This document shows positions 38,574 through 48,657 of a stretch of 64,000 nt of DNA, in pieces. The DNA comes from Gammaproteobacteria bacterium (lineage in GTDB: Bacteria > Pseudomonadota > Gammaproteobacteria > Xanthomonadales > Rhodanobacteraceae), in NCBI GenBank assembly GCA_021324095.1, contig JAJPJT010000013.1, forward strand, positions 14,282 to 78,281, read 5' to 3'. The notes under the pieces were generated by a model that was not told the DNA's origin, did no database searches, and saw only the letters and a list, made by a program, of their open reading frames with translations. The position numbers were made by a program, and so were the translations under genes. Every line of letters begins with the position of its first letter. Position 1 is the stretch's first letter.

Positions 38574-39559
38574 ATAAAGTTTGAAGTTGCGCTACTACTT
38601 TGCAGAAATGCATCGACTTCGGCGAGCGTGGGCATCGCCGCGAACGAGCCGGCGCGAGTGACGGCCAATGCGCCGGAGGCAGCGGCAAAGCGAAGCATCG
38701 ATTTCAGCCGATCGGCATCGGCGGCGAAGGCCGGCAGCGTCGCCGCGCCGATGCCGGCTTCGGCAAACCGATAGAGGCAGCCGCCGACGAAAGCGTCGCC
38801 CGCGCCGGTGGTATCGATCGCGCGCACCTGAAAGGTGGGGAATTCACCGCTGGCATTCGGCGTATACCAGCGCAGCGCCCGCTCGCCATCGGTGACGATC
38901 ACCAGCTTCGCGTTGGCGTTCCAAAGACACGCGAGCGCCGCATTTTCGCCGCCAGTGGATTCCGAGAGGAATGCAAGCTCTTCCGCACTCAGTTTCACGA
39001 AATCGGCCAGCGCGAGCGCGCGCCAGATCGTCGGCGCCGGATCTCCGCCGCGCGGCCATAACGCTGGGCGCAGGTTCATGTCGTAGCTGACCAGCGCGCC
39101 GGCATCGTGCGCGCGGGTCATGCCGGTGAGCGTCGTCAGTGCCGAGGCGGGCTCGGTCATGCTGCACGAACCCGCGTGGAAAATGCTGCCGGCGGAAAAG
39201 ATCGACGGATGGAAATCGGCGTCGCGAAACAACAGGTCGGCCGAAGGCGGGCGGTAGAAACTGAAACTGCGTTCGCCGTTCGCGGCGTGGGTCACGAAGG
39301 CGAGTGCGGTGTTCGCCGCATCGGTGCGGCGCGCGTGCGCGGTGTCCACGCCAGCGGCGGCGAGCTCGCGCAACAGCAGATCCCCGAACACGTCCTGCCC
39401 GAACATGCCGACGAATGCCGCGTGTCCGCCCAGCCGCGCGACCGCGACGGAGACGTTGGCGGGTGCGCCGCCCGCGTGCGCGGTGAATGCCGGCGCGGAA
39501 CCGGTCGGCGTGCCGTGGAAGTCGATCAGCGCCTCGCCGAAGCAGCAGACGGTGTTCAT
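38561..39559 (-). CDS. PfkB-family carbohydrate kinase (fructokinase-like)
   Basis: The start is at MNTVCCFGEALIDF. GGAPANVSVAVARLGG and DTTGAGDAF are present. The ATG overlaps the transporter stop (ATGA at 39556-39559). Confidence 0.8.
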   Translation of the reverse strand: MNTVCCFGEALIDFHGTPTGSAPAFTAHAGGAPANVSVAVARLGGHAAFVGMFGQDVFGDLLLRELAAAGVDTAHARRTDAANTALAFVTHAANGERSFSFYRPPSADLLFRDADFHPSIFSAGSIFHAGSCSMTEPASALTTLTGMTRAHDAGALVSYDMNLRPALWPRGGDPAPTIWRALALADFVKLSAEELAFLSESTGGENAALACLWNANAKLVIVTDGERALRWYTPNASGEFPTFQVRAIDTTGAGDAFVGGCLYRFAEAGIGAATLPAFAADADRLKSMLRFAAASGALAVTRAGSFAAMPTLAEVDAFLQSSSATSNFIRSP

Positions 39560-40845
39560 GCGACGCGCGAACCCTTGAGGCCGTAATAGATGATGTAGAG
39601 GTAGCAGACCAGCGGCAGCACATAGGCGTGGTGCACGCCGATGCTGTCGGCGATCGCGCCTTGCGCGAGCGGGACGATCGCGCCGCCCACGATCGCCATC
39701 ACCAAAAGACTCGACACCTTGCCGGTCAGCGGCCCGAAATCTTCGATGCCGAGCGTGAAGATGTTCGGAAACATCACCGAATTGAACAGGCCGATCGCGA
39801 CGACGGTCGCGACCGCGACGTGGCCGAAGGTCAGCATCGTCGCGATCACCAGCAGCGCGGCGATGCCGGCGTTGAACGCGAGCAGCTTGCGCGTGTCGAT
39901 CCGGGTCAGCAGCGCCGAGCCGATGAAGCGCCCCACCATCGCACCGCCCCAGTACAGCGACACGAAAAACGCCGCACGGGCTTCCGGCATGTGGCCGATT
40001 TCCGGCAGCGAAAGGTAATTGATCATGAAGCTGCCGATCGACACTTCCGCGCCGACGTACACGAAGATCGCCAGCATTCCCAGCCATACGCGGCGCAGCT
40101 TCAGCGCGTCGGCAAAACGGTGTTGCGGATCATCTTCCGCGGCGCCTTCCAGCCGCGGCAGGTGGAACAGCCATACGACCACCGCCAGCACGAACAGCAC
40201 GATCGCGATGCCGACGTAGGGACCTTGCACGCTGTGCGCCTGTTGCAGCTTGTACGCGGTCTGCGCAGCGGGCGACAGCTTCGCGAGTTGCGCGGCGCCC
40301 AGTACCGAGGCCGAGAGGATCAGCAGCCCGCCGAACGTCGGTGCCAGCATCGTGCCCAGCGAGTTCAGCGCCTGGACCAGGTTCAGGCGGCTGGAGGCGA
40401 GCCGCAGCGGTCCGAGCAGGCTGACGTACGGATTGGCCGCGACCTGCAGCAACGTGATGCCGCTCGCGAGCACGAAGAACGCGAACAGGAACAGACCGTA
40501 GGATCGCGCCTGCGCCGCCGGCAGGAACAGCAGCGCACCGATGCCGGTGACGATCAGCCCGACGATGATGCTGGCGCGATAGCCGTAGTGCGAGAGCACC
40601 TTGCCCGAGGGCAGCGACATCAGGAAGTACGCGCCGAAGAAGGTGAACTGTACCAGCATCACCTGCGCGTAATTGAGCGTGAATACCGTTTTCAGGTGCG
40701 GAATCAGCACGTCATTGAGGACGGTGATGAAGCCCCACATGAAAAAGATCGTGGCCATCACCGTCATGGCCACGCGGTTGCTGCTGACGCGTTCGGTCGG
40801 CGCGGACGCGTCCGGCAGGCGGTCGCTTGCAGGCATGGGATTCAT
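39556..40845 (-). CDS. sugar MFS transporter (FucP/GluP glucose-galactose-mannose family)
   Basis: The start is at MNPMPASDRL. MATIFFMWGFITVLNDVLIPHLKTVF is the FHS-family signature. The ATG overlaps the cutC stop (40842-40845). Confidence 0.8.
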   Translation of the reverse strand: MNPMPASDRLPDASAPTERVSSNRVAMTVMATIFFMWGFITVLNDVLIPHLKTVFTLNYAQVMLVQFTFFGAYFLMSLPSGKVLSHYGYRASIIVGLIVTGIGALLFLPAAQARSYGLFLFAFFVLASGITLLQVAANPYVSLLGPLRLASSRLNLVQALNSLGTMLAPTFGGLLILSASVLGAAQLAKLSPAAQTAYKLQQAHSVQGPYVGIAIVLFVLAVVVWLFHLPRLEGAAEDDPQHRFADALKLRRVWLGMLAIFVYVGAEVSIGSFMINYLSLPEIGHMPEARAAFFVSLYWGGAMVGRFIGSALLTRIDTRKLLAFNAGIAALLVIATMLTFGHVAVATVVAIGLFNSVMFPNIFTLGIEDFGPLTGKVSSLLVMAIVGGAIVPLAQGAIADSIGVHHAYVLPLVCYLYIIYYGLKGSRVA

Positions 40846-41609
40846 CGTGCGGGATTCCTGTCGGGCGGGTGCGACGATGATGCCAGCGCGCGCAGCGCTT
40901 CGACACATCCGCGCACGATCGCGGGATCGGTCTGCCAGTCGGTTGGCTGCATGTCGCCGATGCCGGATTGGAGGTTTTGCGCCGAAGCTTTCCTGCGCGC
41001 CTTGGCGGATGCGTGGAACTCGCACGCGCCGGTAGCTTCGGCGACTGTTGCGATATTTGACGGAGTGATGCCGCCGCCGGGCATGATCGTGATGCGGCCG
41101 CTCGCGCGCTCGACCAGGCGGCGGATCAAGGCTGCGCCCGCGAGCGCGTCGGCCTGCTGGCCGGATGTGAGCACGCGCTCGCAACCGAGCGCGACGATCG
41201 CCTCAAGCGCCTGTTCCGCATCGCGCGCAAAATCGAAGGCGCGATGGAAAGTCACGGACATGCCTCGTGCGGTATCCATCAGTCGGCGGCAGCGCGCCAC
41301 ATCGACTTCGCCATCGGCATCCAGCACGCCCAATACCACGCCGACGCAACCCAGCGCCTTGCAGGTTTCGATGTCGCGCTGCATCACCTCGCATTCGGGA
41401 TCGTCGAAAACGAAGTCGCCCGGACGCGGCCGGATCAGGACATGCAAGGGAATGCGCAGGCGTTCGCGCGCGACGGCGATCATCGCGTGTGACGGCGTGA
41501 GCCCGCCGACTTCGAGCGCAGTGCACAGTTCAACGCGCGCCGCGCCGCCTGCTTCGGCCGCACACGCGGAGGCGACCGAATTGGCGGCGACTTCCAACGT
41601 TGGCGTCAT
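40842..41609 (-). CDS. cutC: CutC-family protein
   Basis: LEVAANSVASACAAEAGGAARVELCTALEVGGLTPS...HVLIRPRPGDFVF...TFHRAFD...MPGGGI is full-length CutC TIM-barrel family sequence. The ATG overlaps the asparaginase stop (41606-41609). Confidence 0.85.
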   Translation of the reverse strand: MTPTLEVAANSVASACAAEAGGAARVELCTALEVGGLTPSHAMIAVARERLRIPLHVLIRPRPGDFVFDDPECEVMQRDIETCKALGCVGVVLGVLDADGEVDVARCRRLMDTARGMSVTFHRAFDFARDAEQALEAIVALGCERVLTSGQQADALAGAALIRRLVERASGRITIMPGGGITPSNIATVAEATGACEFHASAKARRKASAQNLQSGIGDMQPTDWQTDPAIVRGCVEALRALASSSHPPDRNPAR

Positions 41610-42634
41610 GTGCCGTACACGCTCTTCGCCGGGATCAGCGCGCTCTGGTTGTGCGCGTCGCATACCGCGTAGGAGAAGCCGTGCTGGATCGCGTAACCGC
41701 CGACCTCCCCGTCCTTGTTCATCGCCAGGAATGCAACCTGCGTCTGGCGCGCCGTCGACGGGTGCTTGCGCAGCACGCGCAGCACCGCTTCCTTGCAGGC
41801 TTCGCCGGGGGTGCGTCCCTGGCGCATCAGCTCTACGACCAGGAAACTGCCCGCGTTGCGGATCACTTCCTCGCCCATGCCGGTGGAGGTGGCCGCACCC
41901 ACCTCGCCATCCACGTACAGCCCCGCACCGATGATGGGCGAATCGCCGACGCGCCCGTGCATCTTCCACGCCATGCCGCTGGTGGTGCAGGCGCCGGCGA
42001 GTCTGCCGTGCGCGTCCAGCGCGAGGATGCCGATCGTGTCGTGATTGTCCTTGCTGACCGGCACGCCCGCGCCGTAATCGCGCACTTCGCTGTTGATCTC
42101 CGGCTTGTAGCGCGAGGTCTTCAACCACTCGTGCCACGCCTTGTCGGCGGCCGGCGTCAGCAGGTCCTGTTTCTTGAATCCCTGTTGCAGCGCGAATTCG
42201 AGCGCGCCGGGTCCGACCAGCAGCACGTGCGGCGTGTGTTCCATCACCGCCCGCGCCACCGATACAGCGTGCTCGATGTCCTCGAGGCAGGCGACGCCGC
42301 CGCAGTTGGCTTCGGCGTCCATGATGCTGGCGTCGAGCGTGACATGGCCGTCCCGATCGGGATAGCCGCCGAGGCCCACGCTGTGGTTCCGGATGTCGGC
42401 TTCCGGTACGCGTGCGCCGGCTTCGACGGCGTCGAGCGAGCGGCCGCCTTTGGACAGGATCGCCCACGCGGCGTGGTTGGCGGCGACCCCGAAATCCCAG
42501 GTCGAAGTCACGCGTACGATGCCGGTCTTCGGTGCCTTGCCTGCGGGGGCGGCAGCCGCGCCGGCGACGGGCGACAACGCCGCCGCGGCGGCGCCCAGTG
42601 CAGCGGTCTTGAGGAATTGGCGGCGATCGGTCAT
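41606..42634 (-). CDS. N4-(beta-N-acetylglucosaminyl)-L-asparaginase (glycosylasparaginase, Ntn hydrolase) with Tat-type signal
   Basis: The start is at MTDRRQFLKTAALGAAAAAL. The autoprocessing site is DNHDTIGILALD. GRVGDSPIIGAG is also present. Confidence 0.85.
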   Translation of the reverse strand: MTDRRQFLKTAALGAAAAALSPVAGAAAAPAGKAPKTGIVRVTSTWDFGVAANHAAWAILSKGGRSLDAVEAGARVPEADIRNHSVGLGGYPDRDGHVTLDASIMDAEANCGGVACLEDIEHAVSVARAVMEHTPHVLLVGPGALEFALQQGFKKQDLLTPAADKAWHEWLKTSRYKPEINSEVRDYGAGVPVSKDNHDTIGILALDAHGRLAGACTTSGMAWKMHGRVGDSPIIGAGLYVDGEVGAATSTGMGEEVIRNAGSFLVVELMRQGRTPGEACKEAVLRVLRKHPSTARQTQVAFLAMNKDGEVGGYAIQHGFSYAVCDAHNQSALIPAKSVYGT

Positions 42635-42796
42635 GGCGTTGCCCTCCTGATCCACGCGCCCGCATTGTGCGGGCGAAGAGCGCCGATCATGCCACGTCCG
42701 TGTGTCGGGTGGCATCGCCCGTGTTGCGTATATGGATATATACTCCACCCATGAAACACGGATATCCGACCGCCGCGTGGATCCGGAACCCCGACC

Positions 42797-43870
42797 GTGG
42801 CGACTGACGGGGCCTGCCGCGAGCCGTCCGGCGACGCCGAGGCGGGCGCCGTGCGCACTGCGGATACGGCCTCGCGCGTGCGCGTATCCGGGCTCGGCTT
42901 CGGCACCGCGCCGATCGGGAACCTGTATGCGGAGGTGGCCGAGCGCGATGCGCGGATGGCGCTGGATCGCGCGTTGCAACTGGGCGTCCGCTATTTCGAC
43001 ACCGCGCCGTTTTATGGTCACGGGCTGGCCGAACGCCGGCTGGGTGCGGCATTGCACGGCGCGGCGCGCGACACGTTCATGGTGTCGACCAAGGCCGGGC
43101 GCCGCATCGAACCCGACCCGGCGCAGCGCGCACCGGTCAACGACGGTTTTGCGGTGCAGGGCAGTCGCGCCGTGTTCGACTACAGCCGCGACGGCGTGCG
43201 GCGCTCGTTCGAGGCGAGCCTGCAAAGGCTCGGCCTGGATCGCGTGGACATTCTTTTTTTGCACGACATCGGCCGGCTCACCCACGGCGGGCGGCATCCC
43301 GAAGTACTGCGGCAGGCGCTGGACGAAGCGCTGCCCGCGATGGCCGACCTGCGCGCCGCAGGCGTGGCCGGCGCAATCGGCATCGGCGTCAACGAAGTCG
43401 AGATCTGCGCCGAGCTGATGCCGCGCTTCGACCTGGATTGCATCATGCTCGCGGGGCGCTACACGCTGTTCGAGCAGTCATCGGCGCTGCCGGTCCTTGA
43501 CGAGGCGCAACGCCGCGGCGTCCGTGTCGTCGTGGCGGGGCCGTACAACTCCGGGCTGCTCGGCGATCCGCATGGCCCCGGCAAGACCTACAACTACGCA
43601 CCGGCAAGTGCGGCGACACTGGCGCGCGCAAACGAGATCTACGCCATCTGCGCCGAAGAGGGCGTGGACGTCGGCGCCGCGGCGCTGCAATTCCCGCTGG
43701 CGCATCCCGCCGTCTGCGCGGTGGTCGCCGGCCTGCGCAACGTGATGGAAGTCGAGGGCGCGATTTCACGGAGTTGCCAGCGGCTGCCCGCGCGCCTGTG
43801 GCCACGGTTGCAAGCTGCAGGGATCATCGCCGCCGGTGCGCGAATACCTGCTGCGGGACAGCGGCCATGA
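42797..43870 (+). CDS. aldo/keto reductase (probable L-fucose / D-threo-aldose 1-dehydrogenase)
   Basis: GLGFGTAPIGNLY...YFDTAPFYGHGLAERRLG is present. GTG start at 42797; the true start may lie further downstream. It sits first in the fucose-catabolic gene run. Confidence 0.75.
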   Translation: MATDGACREPSGDAEAGAVRTADTASRVRVSGLGFGTAPIGNLYAEVAERDARMALDRALQLGVRYFDTAPFYGHGLAERRLGAALHGAARDTFMVSTKAGRRIEPDPAQRAPVNDGFAVQGSRAVFDYSRDGVRRSFEASLQRLGLDRVDILFLHDIGRLTHGGRHPEVLRQALDEALPAMADLRAAGVAGAIGIGVNEVEICAELMPRFDLDCIMLAGRYTLFEQSSALPVLDEAQRRGVRVVVAGPYNSGLLGDPHGPGKTYNYAPASAATLARANEIYAICAEEGVDVGAAALQFPLAHPAVCAVVAGLRNVMEVEGAISRSCQRLPARLWPRLQAAGIIAAGARIPAAGQRP

Positions 43871-44613
43871 GCGGGCGGCTGGCCGGAAAACGTTGCTTCG
43901 TCACCGCCGCGGGCGCGGGCATCGGGCGCGCGACGGCGTTGGCGTTCGCACGCGAGGGCGCGGACGTGCTGGCGACGGACATCGACGCGTCAGCATTGCA
44001 GGCGTTGCAGTCCGAATCGGAAGGGATGCGCACGGCGATGCTCGACGTCACCGATCCCGCGCAGATCGCCGCGCTGGTCGAAGCCAATCCGGAAATCGAC
44101 GTGCTGTTCAACTGCGCGGGCTGGGTGCACGCCGGCACGATCCTCGACACTGACGATGCGGCCTGGCAACGCTCGTTCGCGGTCAACGTGGATTCGATGT
44201 TCCGGCTGTGCAGGGCGGTGCTGCCCGGAATGCTGGCGCGCGGGCGCGGCAGCATCGTCAACATGTCGTCGGTCGCGTCCAGCGTGAAAGGCGTGCCGAA
44301 CCGGTTTGCCTACAGCGCGACCAAGGCGGCGGTGATCGGCTTGACCAAGGCCATCGCCGCCGATTACGTCGCACGCGGCGTGCGCTGCAACGCGATCTGT
44401 CCAGGCACGGTGAAAACGCCGTCGCTGGAACAGCGCGTTGCCGCACTGGGTGGCGATCCGGACACCGTCTGGAAAAGCTTCATCGATCGCCAGCCGATGG
44501 GCCGACTCGGCGCGCCGGAGGAAATCGCCGAGCTCGCCGTGTACCTGGCCTCCGACGAGTCCGCGTTCACCAACGGCGCGATCCACGTGATCGACGGCGG
44601 CTGGAGCGCTTAG
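43867..44613 (+). CDS. short-chain dehydrogenase/reductase (probable 2-keto-3-deoxy-L-fuconate dehydrogenase)
   Basis: The start at MSGRLAGKRCFVTAAGAGIGRA overlaps the upstream stop (ATGA). NMSS...YSATKAAV is the SDR catalytic tetrad region. Confidence 0.8.
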   Translation: MSGRLAGKRCFVTAAGAGIGRATALAFAREGADVLATDIDASALQALQSESEGMRTAMLDVTDPAQIAALVEANPEIDVLFNCAGWVHAGTILDTDDAAWQRSFAVNVDSMFRLCRAVLPGMLARGRGSIVNMSSVASSVKGVPNRFAYSATKAAVIGLTKAIAADYVARGVRCNAICPGTVKTPSLEQRVAALGGDPDTVWKSFIDRQPMGRLGAPEEIAELAVYLASDESAFTNGAIHVIDGGWSA

Positions 44614-44622
44614 GGAAAGCCG

Positions 44623-45468
44623 ATGAAACTCGTACGCTATGGCGACGCTGGCCGCGAAAAGCCGGGCATGCTGGATGGGGAAGGTGCGCTGCGTGACCTT
44701 TCGCGTATCGTGGACGACCTCGCCGGCGATGCATTGACGCGATCCGGCATCGACCGCCTGCGCGCGCTCGATGCGTATGCGCTGCCGGTCGTAATGGGCG
44801 ATCCGCGCCTCGGTGCGCCGGTCGGCCGCGTCGGCAAGCTCATTTGTGTCGGTCTCAACTACGCCGACCACGCGAAGGAGTCGGGCCAACCCATTCCCGA
44901 ACAGCCCGTGATTTTCATGAAGGCGACCAGCGCGATCGTCGGTGCACATGACGATGTGCTGATCCCGCCGGGTTCGGAAAAGACCGACTGGGAAGTCGAG
45001 CTCGGCGTCGTGATCGGCGACGCCGCACGCAACGTGCCGCGCGAACGCGCGCTGAAACACGTGGCGGGGTACCTGATCGTCAACGATGTTTCCGAACGCG
45101 CATTCCAGTTCGATCGCGGCGGACAGTGGGTCAAGGGCAAGAGCTGCGACAGCTTCGCGCCGCTCGGGCCGTGGCTGGTGACACGCGACGAGATTCCCGA
45201 TCCGCAGGATCTGGCGTTGTGGCTCGAGGTGAACGGTCATCGTTATCAGGACGGCGACACGCGCACGATGATCTTCGATGTCGCTGCGCTGGTCAGCGAC
45301 ATCAGCCGCTACATGACGCTGCTGCCGGGCGACGTGATCTCGACCGGCACCCCGCCCGGCGTCGGACTCGGCCAGAAGCCGCCGGTTTACCTGAAACCCG
45401 GCGACGTCATGGAACTGGGGATCGACGGTCTGGGCGTGCAGCGCCAGCGTGTGGTGGCGGCGCCCTGA
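44623..45468 (+). CDS. fumarylacetoacetate hydrolase (FAH) family protein (probable 2,4-diketo-3-deoxy-L-fuconate hydrolase)
   Basis: 281 aa. [21 protein letters not shown] and STGTPPGVG are FAH-fold motifs. Confidence 0.8.
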   Translation: MKLVRYGDAGREKPGMLDGEGALRDLSRIVDDLAGDALTRSGIDRLRALDAYALPVVMGDPRLGAPVGRVGKLICVGLNYADHAKESGQPIPEQPVIFMKATSAIVGAHDDVLIPPGSEKTDWEVELGVVIGDAARNVPRERALKHVAGYLIVNDVSERAFQFDRGGQWVKGKSCDSFAPLGPWLVTRDEIPDPQDLALWLEVNGHRYQDGDTRTMIFDVAALVSDISRYMTLLPGDVISTGTPPGVGLGQKPPVYLKPGDVMELGIDGLGVQRQRVVAAP

Positions 45469-45494
45469 TCGTGCGAAGAAGGAACCCTGAGCGC

Positions 45495-46817
45495 ATGGCC
45501 AGAATCGTTGCACTGGAAACCGAAGACGTCCGCTTTCCCACCGCGCGCGGCCGCATCGGCTCGGACGCTATGAATCCGGACCCGGATTATTCGGCCGTGT
45601 ACATCACGCTGCGCACCGATGATCCGACGGTCCCCGAAGGCCACGCGCTGGTGTTCACGATCGGGCGCGGCAACGAAGTGCAGACCGCGGCGGTGCGCAC
45701 ACTGTCGAACCTGGTGGTCGGACGCGACGTCGCGGCGTTGCTGGACGACCTGGGCGGATTCGCGCGCGAGCTGACGGGCGATTCGCCGTTGCGCTGGCTG
45801 GGACCGGAAAAAGGCGTGATGCACATGGCGGTCGGCGGCGTCGTCAATGCCGCGTGGGACCTGGCCGCGCGCCACGCCGGACTGCCGCTGTGGCGGTTCA
45901 TCGCGGGCCTGCCGCCGGAGCGGATCGTCGCGGCGATCGACTTCCGCTATTTGAGCGATGCGCTGACGCCCGACGACGCGCTCGCGATCCTGCGGCGTGC
46001 GCAATCGGGCCGCGAGCAGCGGACCGCCGAACTGCTGGAACGTGGCTATCCCGCGTACACCACCTCGCCCGGCTGGCTCGGTTACTCCGACGAGAAACTG
46101 GCGGCTCTGGCACGGCAGGCGGTCGCGGACGGATTCCGCACGATCAAGCTCAAGGTCGGAGGCAACATCGCCGATGACATGCGCCGCTTGCGGCTGGCGC
46201 GCGCCGCGGTGGGCGAGGACATCGCGATCGCGGTGGACGCCAACCAGCGCTGGGACGTCGGTTCCGCGATCAAATGGATACGCGCGCTCGCACCCTGTCG
46301 CCCGGCGTGGGTCGAGGAACCCACCAGCCCGGACGACGTGCTCGGGCACGCCGCGATCCGGGCCGCGGTGGCGCCGGTGCCGATCTCGACCGGCGAGCAT
46401 ACCCACAATCGCGTGATGTTCAAGCAGCTCCTGCAAGCCCGCGCGGTGGACCTGCTGCACATCGATGCGGCGCGCGTGGGCGGCGTCAACGAGAACCTGG
46501 CGATCCTGCTGCTGGCCGCGAAATTCGGCGTGCAGGTCTTCCCGCATGCGGGCGGAGTGGGGCTGTGCGAAATGGTGCAGCACCTCGCGATGGCGGATTT
46601 CGTCGCGATCAGCGGCAGCATGGAGGACCGTGCGATCGAATACATCGACCACCTGCACGAGCACTTCGCCGATCCGGTCCGCATCCGCAACGGGCGCTAT
46701 CTCGCGCCGACGGAGCCCGGTTTCTCGACCGAGATGCGCGAAGCGTCCTTGCGCGAACACGCATTTCCCGATGGACCCGCATGGCGACACGAGCCGCGTC
46801 AGATTTTGTCGCGTTGA
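45495..46817 (+). CDS. fucD: L-fuconate dehydratase (enolase superfamily, mandelate racemase subgroup)
   Basis: The start is at [20 protein letters not shown]...AVDANQRWD...EEPTSPDD...GEH are the metal-ligand motifs. It has a fucose-gene context like that of the characterised Xanthomonas campestris enzyme. Confidence 0.85.
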   Translation: MARIVALETEDVRFPTARGRIGSDAMNPDPDYSAVYITLRTDDPTVPEGHALVFTIGRGNEVQTAAVRTLSNLVVGRDVAALLDDLGGFARELTGDSPLRWLGPEKGVMHMAVGGVVNAAWDLAARHAGLPLWRFIAGLPPERIVAAIDFRYLSDALTPDDALAILRRAQSGREQRTAELLERGYPAYTTSPGWLGYSDEKLAALARQAVADGFRTIKLKVGGNIADDMRRLRLARAAVGEDIAIAVDANQRWDVGSAIKWIRALAPCRPAWVEEPTSPDDVLGHAAIRAAVAPVPISTGEHTHNRVMFKQLLQARAVDLLHIDAARVGGVNENLAILLLAAKFGVQVFPHAGGVGLCEMVQHLAMADFVAISGSMEDRAIEYIDHLHEHFADPVRIRNGRYLAPTEPGFSTEMREASLREHAFPDGPAWRHEPRQILSR

Positions 46818-47161
46818 GCGGCACTTTCGGCGAGCGAAAACATCCGCGTCATCGGCACCCATTTTTCGCCGGGCTCGGCAAACGGCAGCCGTTGCTGGAA
46901 CTTCGACATCAAGGCCTCCCACGCCTGCACGCGCGGATCGGCCGCATCGGCTGCAGCCTTGGCGGCGGGCGAGAAGTCGTCCGGCACGTCCATCACCATC
47001 ACCAGCCGGTTGCCTGCGCGGAAGATTTCGAGGTCACGGATGCCGGACGCGCGAATCGACGCCACGATTTCCGGCCAGATGTTTTCGGGGCGGTGCCAGT
47101 GCTCGTATTCGGCGATCAGCGCGGGGTCGTCCTTGAGGTCGAGTGCGTAGTAAAGCTGCAT
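46799..47161 (-). CDS. L-rhamnose mutarotase family (RhaM/DUF718) protein, probable L-fucose mutarotase
   Basis: The start is at [23 protein letters not shown] (120 aa). Its 3' end overlaps the convergent fucD by 19 nt. Confidence 0.75.
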   Translation of the reverse strand: MQLYYALDLKDDPALIAEYEHWHRPENIWPEIVASIRASGIRDLEIFRAGNRLVMVMDVPDDFSPAAKAAADAADPRVQAWEALMSKFQQRLPFAEPGEKWVPMTRMFSLAESAAQRDKI

Positions 47162-47183
47162 GGACGGATCAGGCCTGCTGTGA

Positions 47184-48494
47184 TCAGGCACGTTGCGATT
47201 GGACGCGTTGCAGTGCAAACAGCAACACGGCCACGAAACAGCCCAGCGGCACCAGTTCGGCGCGCGCGATGCCGGCGGCGTCGGAAACCGCACCCATCAG
47301 GGCGGTCAGCACCGCGCCGCCGATGATCGCCATCACGAGGAACGATGCGCCGAGCTTCCGCTCGCTGTCGCTGAAACCGTCCACACCCAGCGCGAAAATC
47401 GTCGGATACATCACCGACATGAAGAAACTCACGATCACCATTGCGACCAGGCCGGCCATGCCGGGCAACGTGACCCCGATTGCGCACAGCACCACGTTGA
47501 TCGCGGCGAACAGCGCCAGCAGCTTGCGCGGCGCGATGAAACGCATCAGCGCGGTGCCGGCGAAGCGGCCAAGCGTGAACAGCACCAGCGAGGCGGTGAG
47601 GTAATCGGCGGCGCGGCGTTCGGGCGTGCCGGGGATGGTTCCCTGGCAGTAACGGATCAGGTAACTCCACACGCCGACCTGCGCCCCGACGTAGAAGAAT
47701 TGCGCGGCCACGGCCGACAGGAAATGGCGGTTCCGCAGCAGGCGTCCGACATGCCCCGTCCCGCCCGCGTGGTGCTCGACCGGTTGATGGACATGCTCTC
47801 CGCGCGCCGGAAACCGCACCGCAGCGATCAGCAGCGCGAACACGATCACCACACCCGCGATCACGAGGTACGGCGTCTGCACGGTCAGCGATTGGCTGAC
47901 GAAGTACGCGTGCCGCGCCGCCGGGGTCATCGCGGCGAGCTGCTGCGGCGTGTGCTCGACACCGTTGAAGATGAATTCACGGCCGATCACGACGCCCGCG
48001 ATCGAGCCCAGCGGATTGAACGACTGCGCGAAGTTCAGCCGCCGCGCGCCGCCCTCGGGCGGCCCCAGCACGGTGACCAGCGGGTTCGCGGACGTTTCGA
48101 GGAACGACAGTCCGCTCGCGATCACGAACAACCCGCACAGGAAGATCGCATACGTATGGGTCGCGGCAGCGGGATAGAAGATCAGCGCGCCCGCCGCGTA
48201 CAGCCCCAATCCGATCAGGATCGCGCTCTTGAAGCCGAAGCGGCGCATCCAGATGCCGGCGGGGAGCGCCAGCAGGAAGTACCCGAGGTAGAACGCGCTC
48301 TGCACCAGTCCGGCCTGGAAATTGTCGAGCTGGAACGCGTTCTGGAACTGCTTGATCAGGATGTCGTTGAGGTTGTTGGCGATGCCCCACAGGAAGAACA
48401 GGCCGACGATCAGCGCGAATGCCAGCCATGAGACGCGCGCGGGCGAAGGTGCCTCGACGTTGAAAGATGTGGCGGCGCCGTCGGCGTGCTGCAT
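47184..48494 (-). CDS. fucP: L-fucose:H+ symporter permease
   Basis: The start is at MQHADGAATS. FFLWGIANNLNDILIKQFQNAFQL is the FucP signature. The protein is polytopic, ~436 aa. Confidence 0.85.
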   Translation of the reverse strand: MQHADGAATSFNVEAPSPARVSWLAFALIVGLFFLWGIANNLNDILIKQFQNAFQLDNFQAGLVQSAFYLGYFLLALPAGIWMRRFGFKSAILIGLGLYAAGALIFYPAAATHTYAIFLCGLFVIASGLSFLETSANPLVTVLGPPEGGARRLNFAQSFNPLGSIAGVVIGREFIFNGVEHTPQQLAAMTPAARHAYFVSQSLTVQTPYLVIAGVVIVFALLIAAVRFPARGEHVHQPVEHHAGGTGHVGRLLRNRHFLSAVAAQFFYVGAQVGVWSYLIRYCQGTIPGTPERRAADYLTASLVLFTLGRFAGTALMRFIAPRKLLALFAAINVVLCAIGVTLPGMAGLVAMVIVSFFMSVMYPTIFALGVDGFSDSERKLGASFLVMAIIGGAVLTALMGAVSDAAGIARAELVPLGCFVAVLLFALQRVQSQRA

Positions 48495-48564
48495 GGCTGA
48501 CTCCTGCTGGCGATCCGACCTCCCGCGCAAAGGCTTGCCCTGCCGGGACTCCCGCCCGATACTA

Positions 48565-48603
48565 GCTTGTGATTCTTTCAGTTGTAAATATAAAATCAAG
48601 CTT
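48565..48603. promoter_or_regulatory. candidate operator: imperfect inverted repeat AGCTTGTGATT-N18-AAATCAAGCT in the AT-rich fucP / IclR divergent region
   Basis: This is the only AT-rich stretch in the 163-bp divergent intergenic region. The arms are at 48565-48575 and 48594-48603. Confidence 0.3.
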
Positions 48604-48657
48604 CGCCCATGCAAGCCCGGGCGGCGCGCCGGCAACCAGACCGACCGGGGGAAACGC

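Noticed and set aside
39487-41934. 815-aa plus-strand ORF
   Set aside because: It is antisense to the transporter, cutC and asparaginase genes, all of which have clear family motifs on the minus strand.
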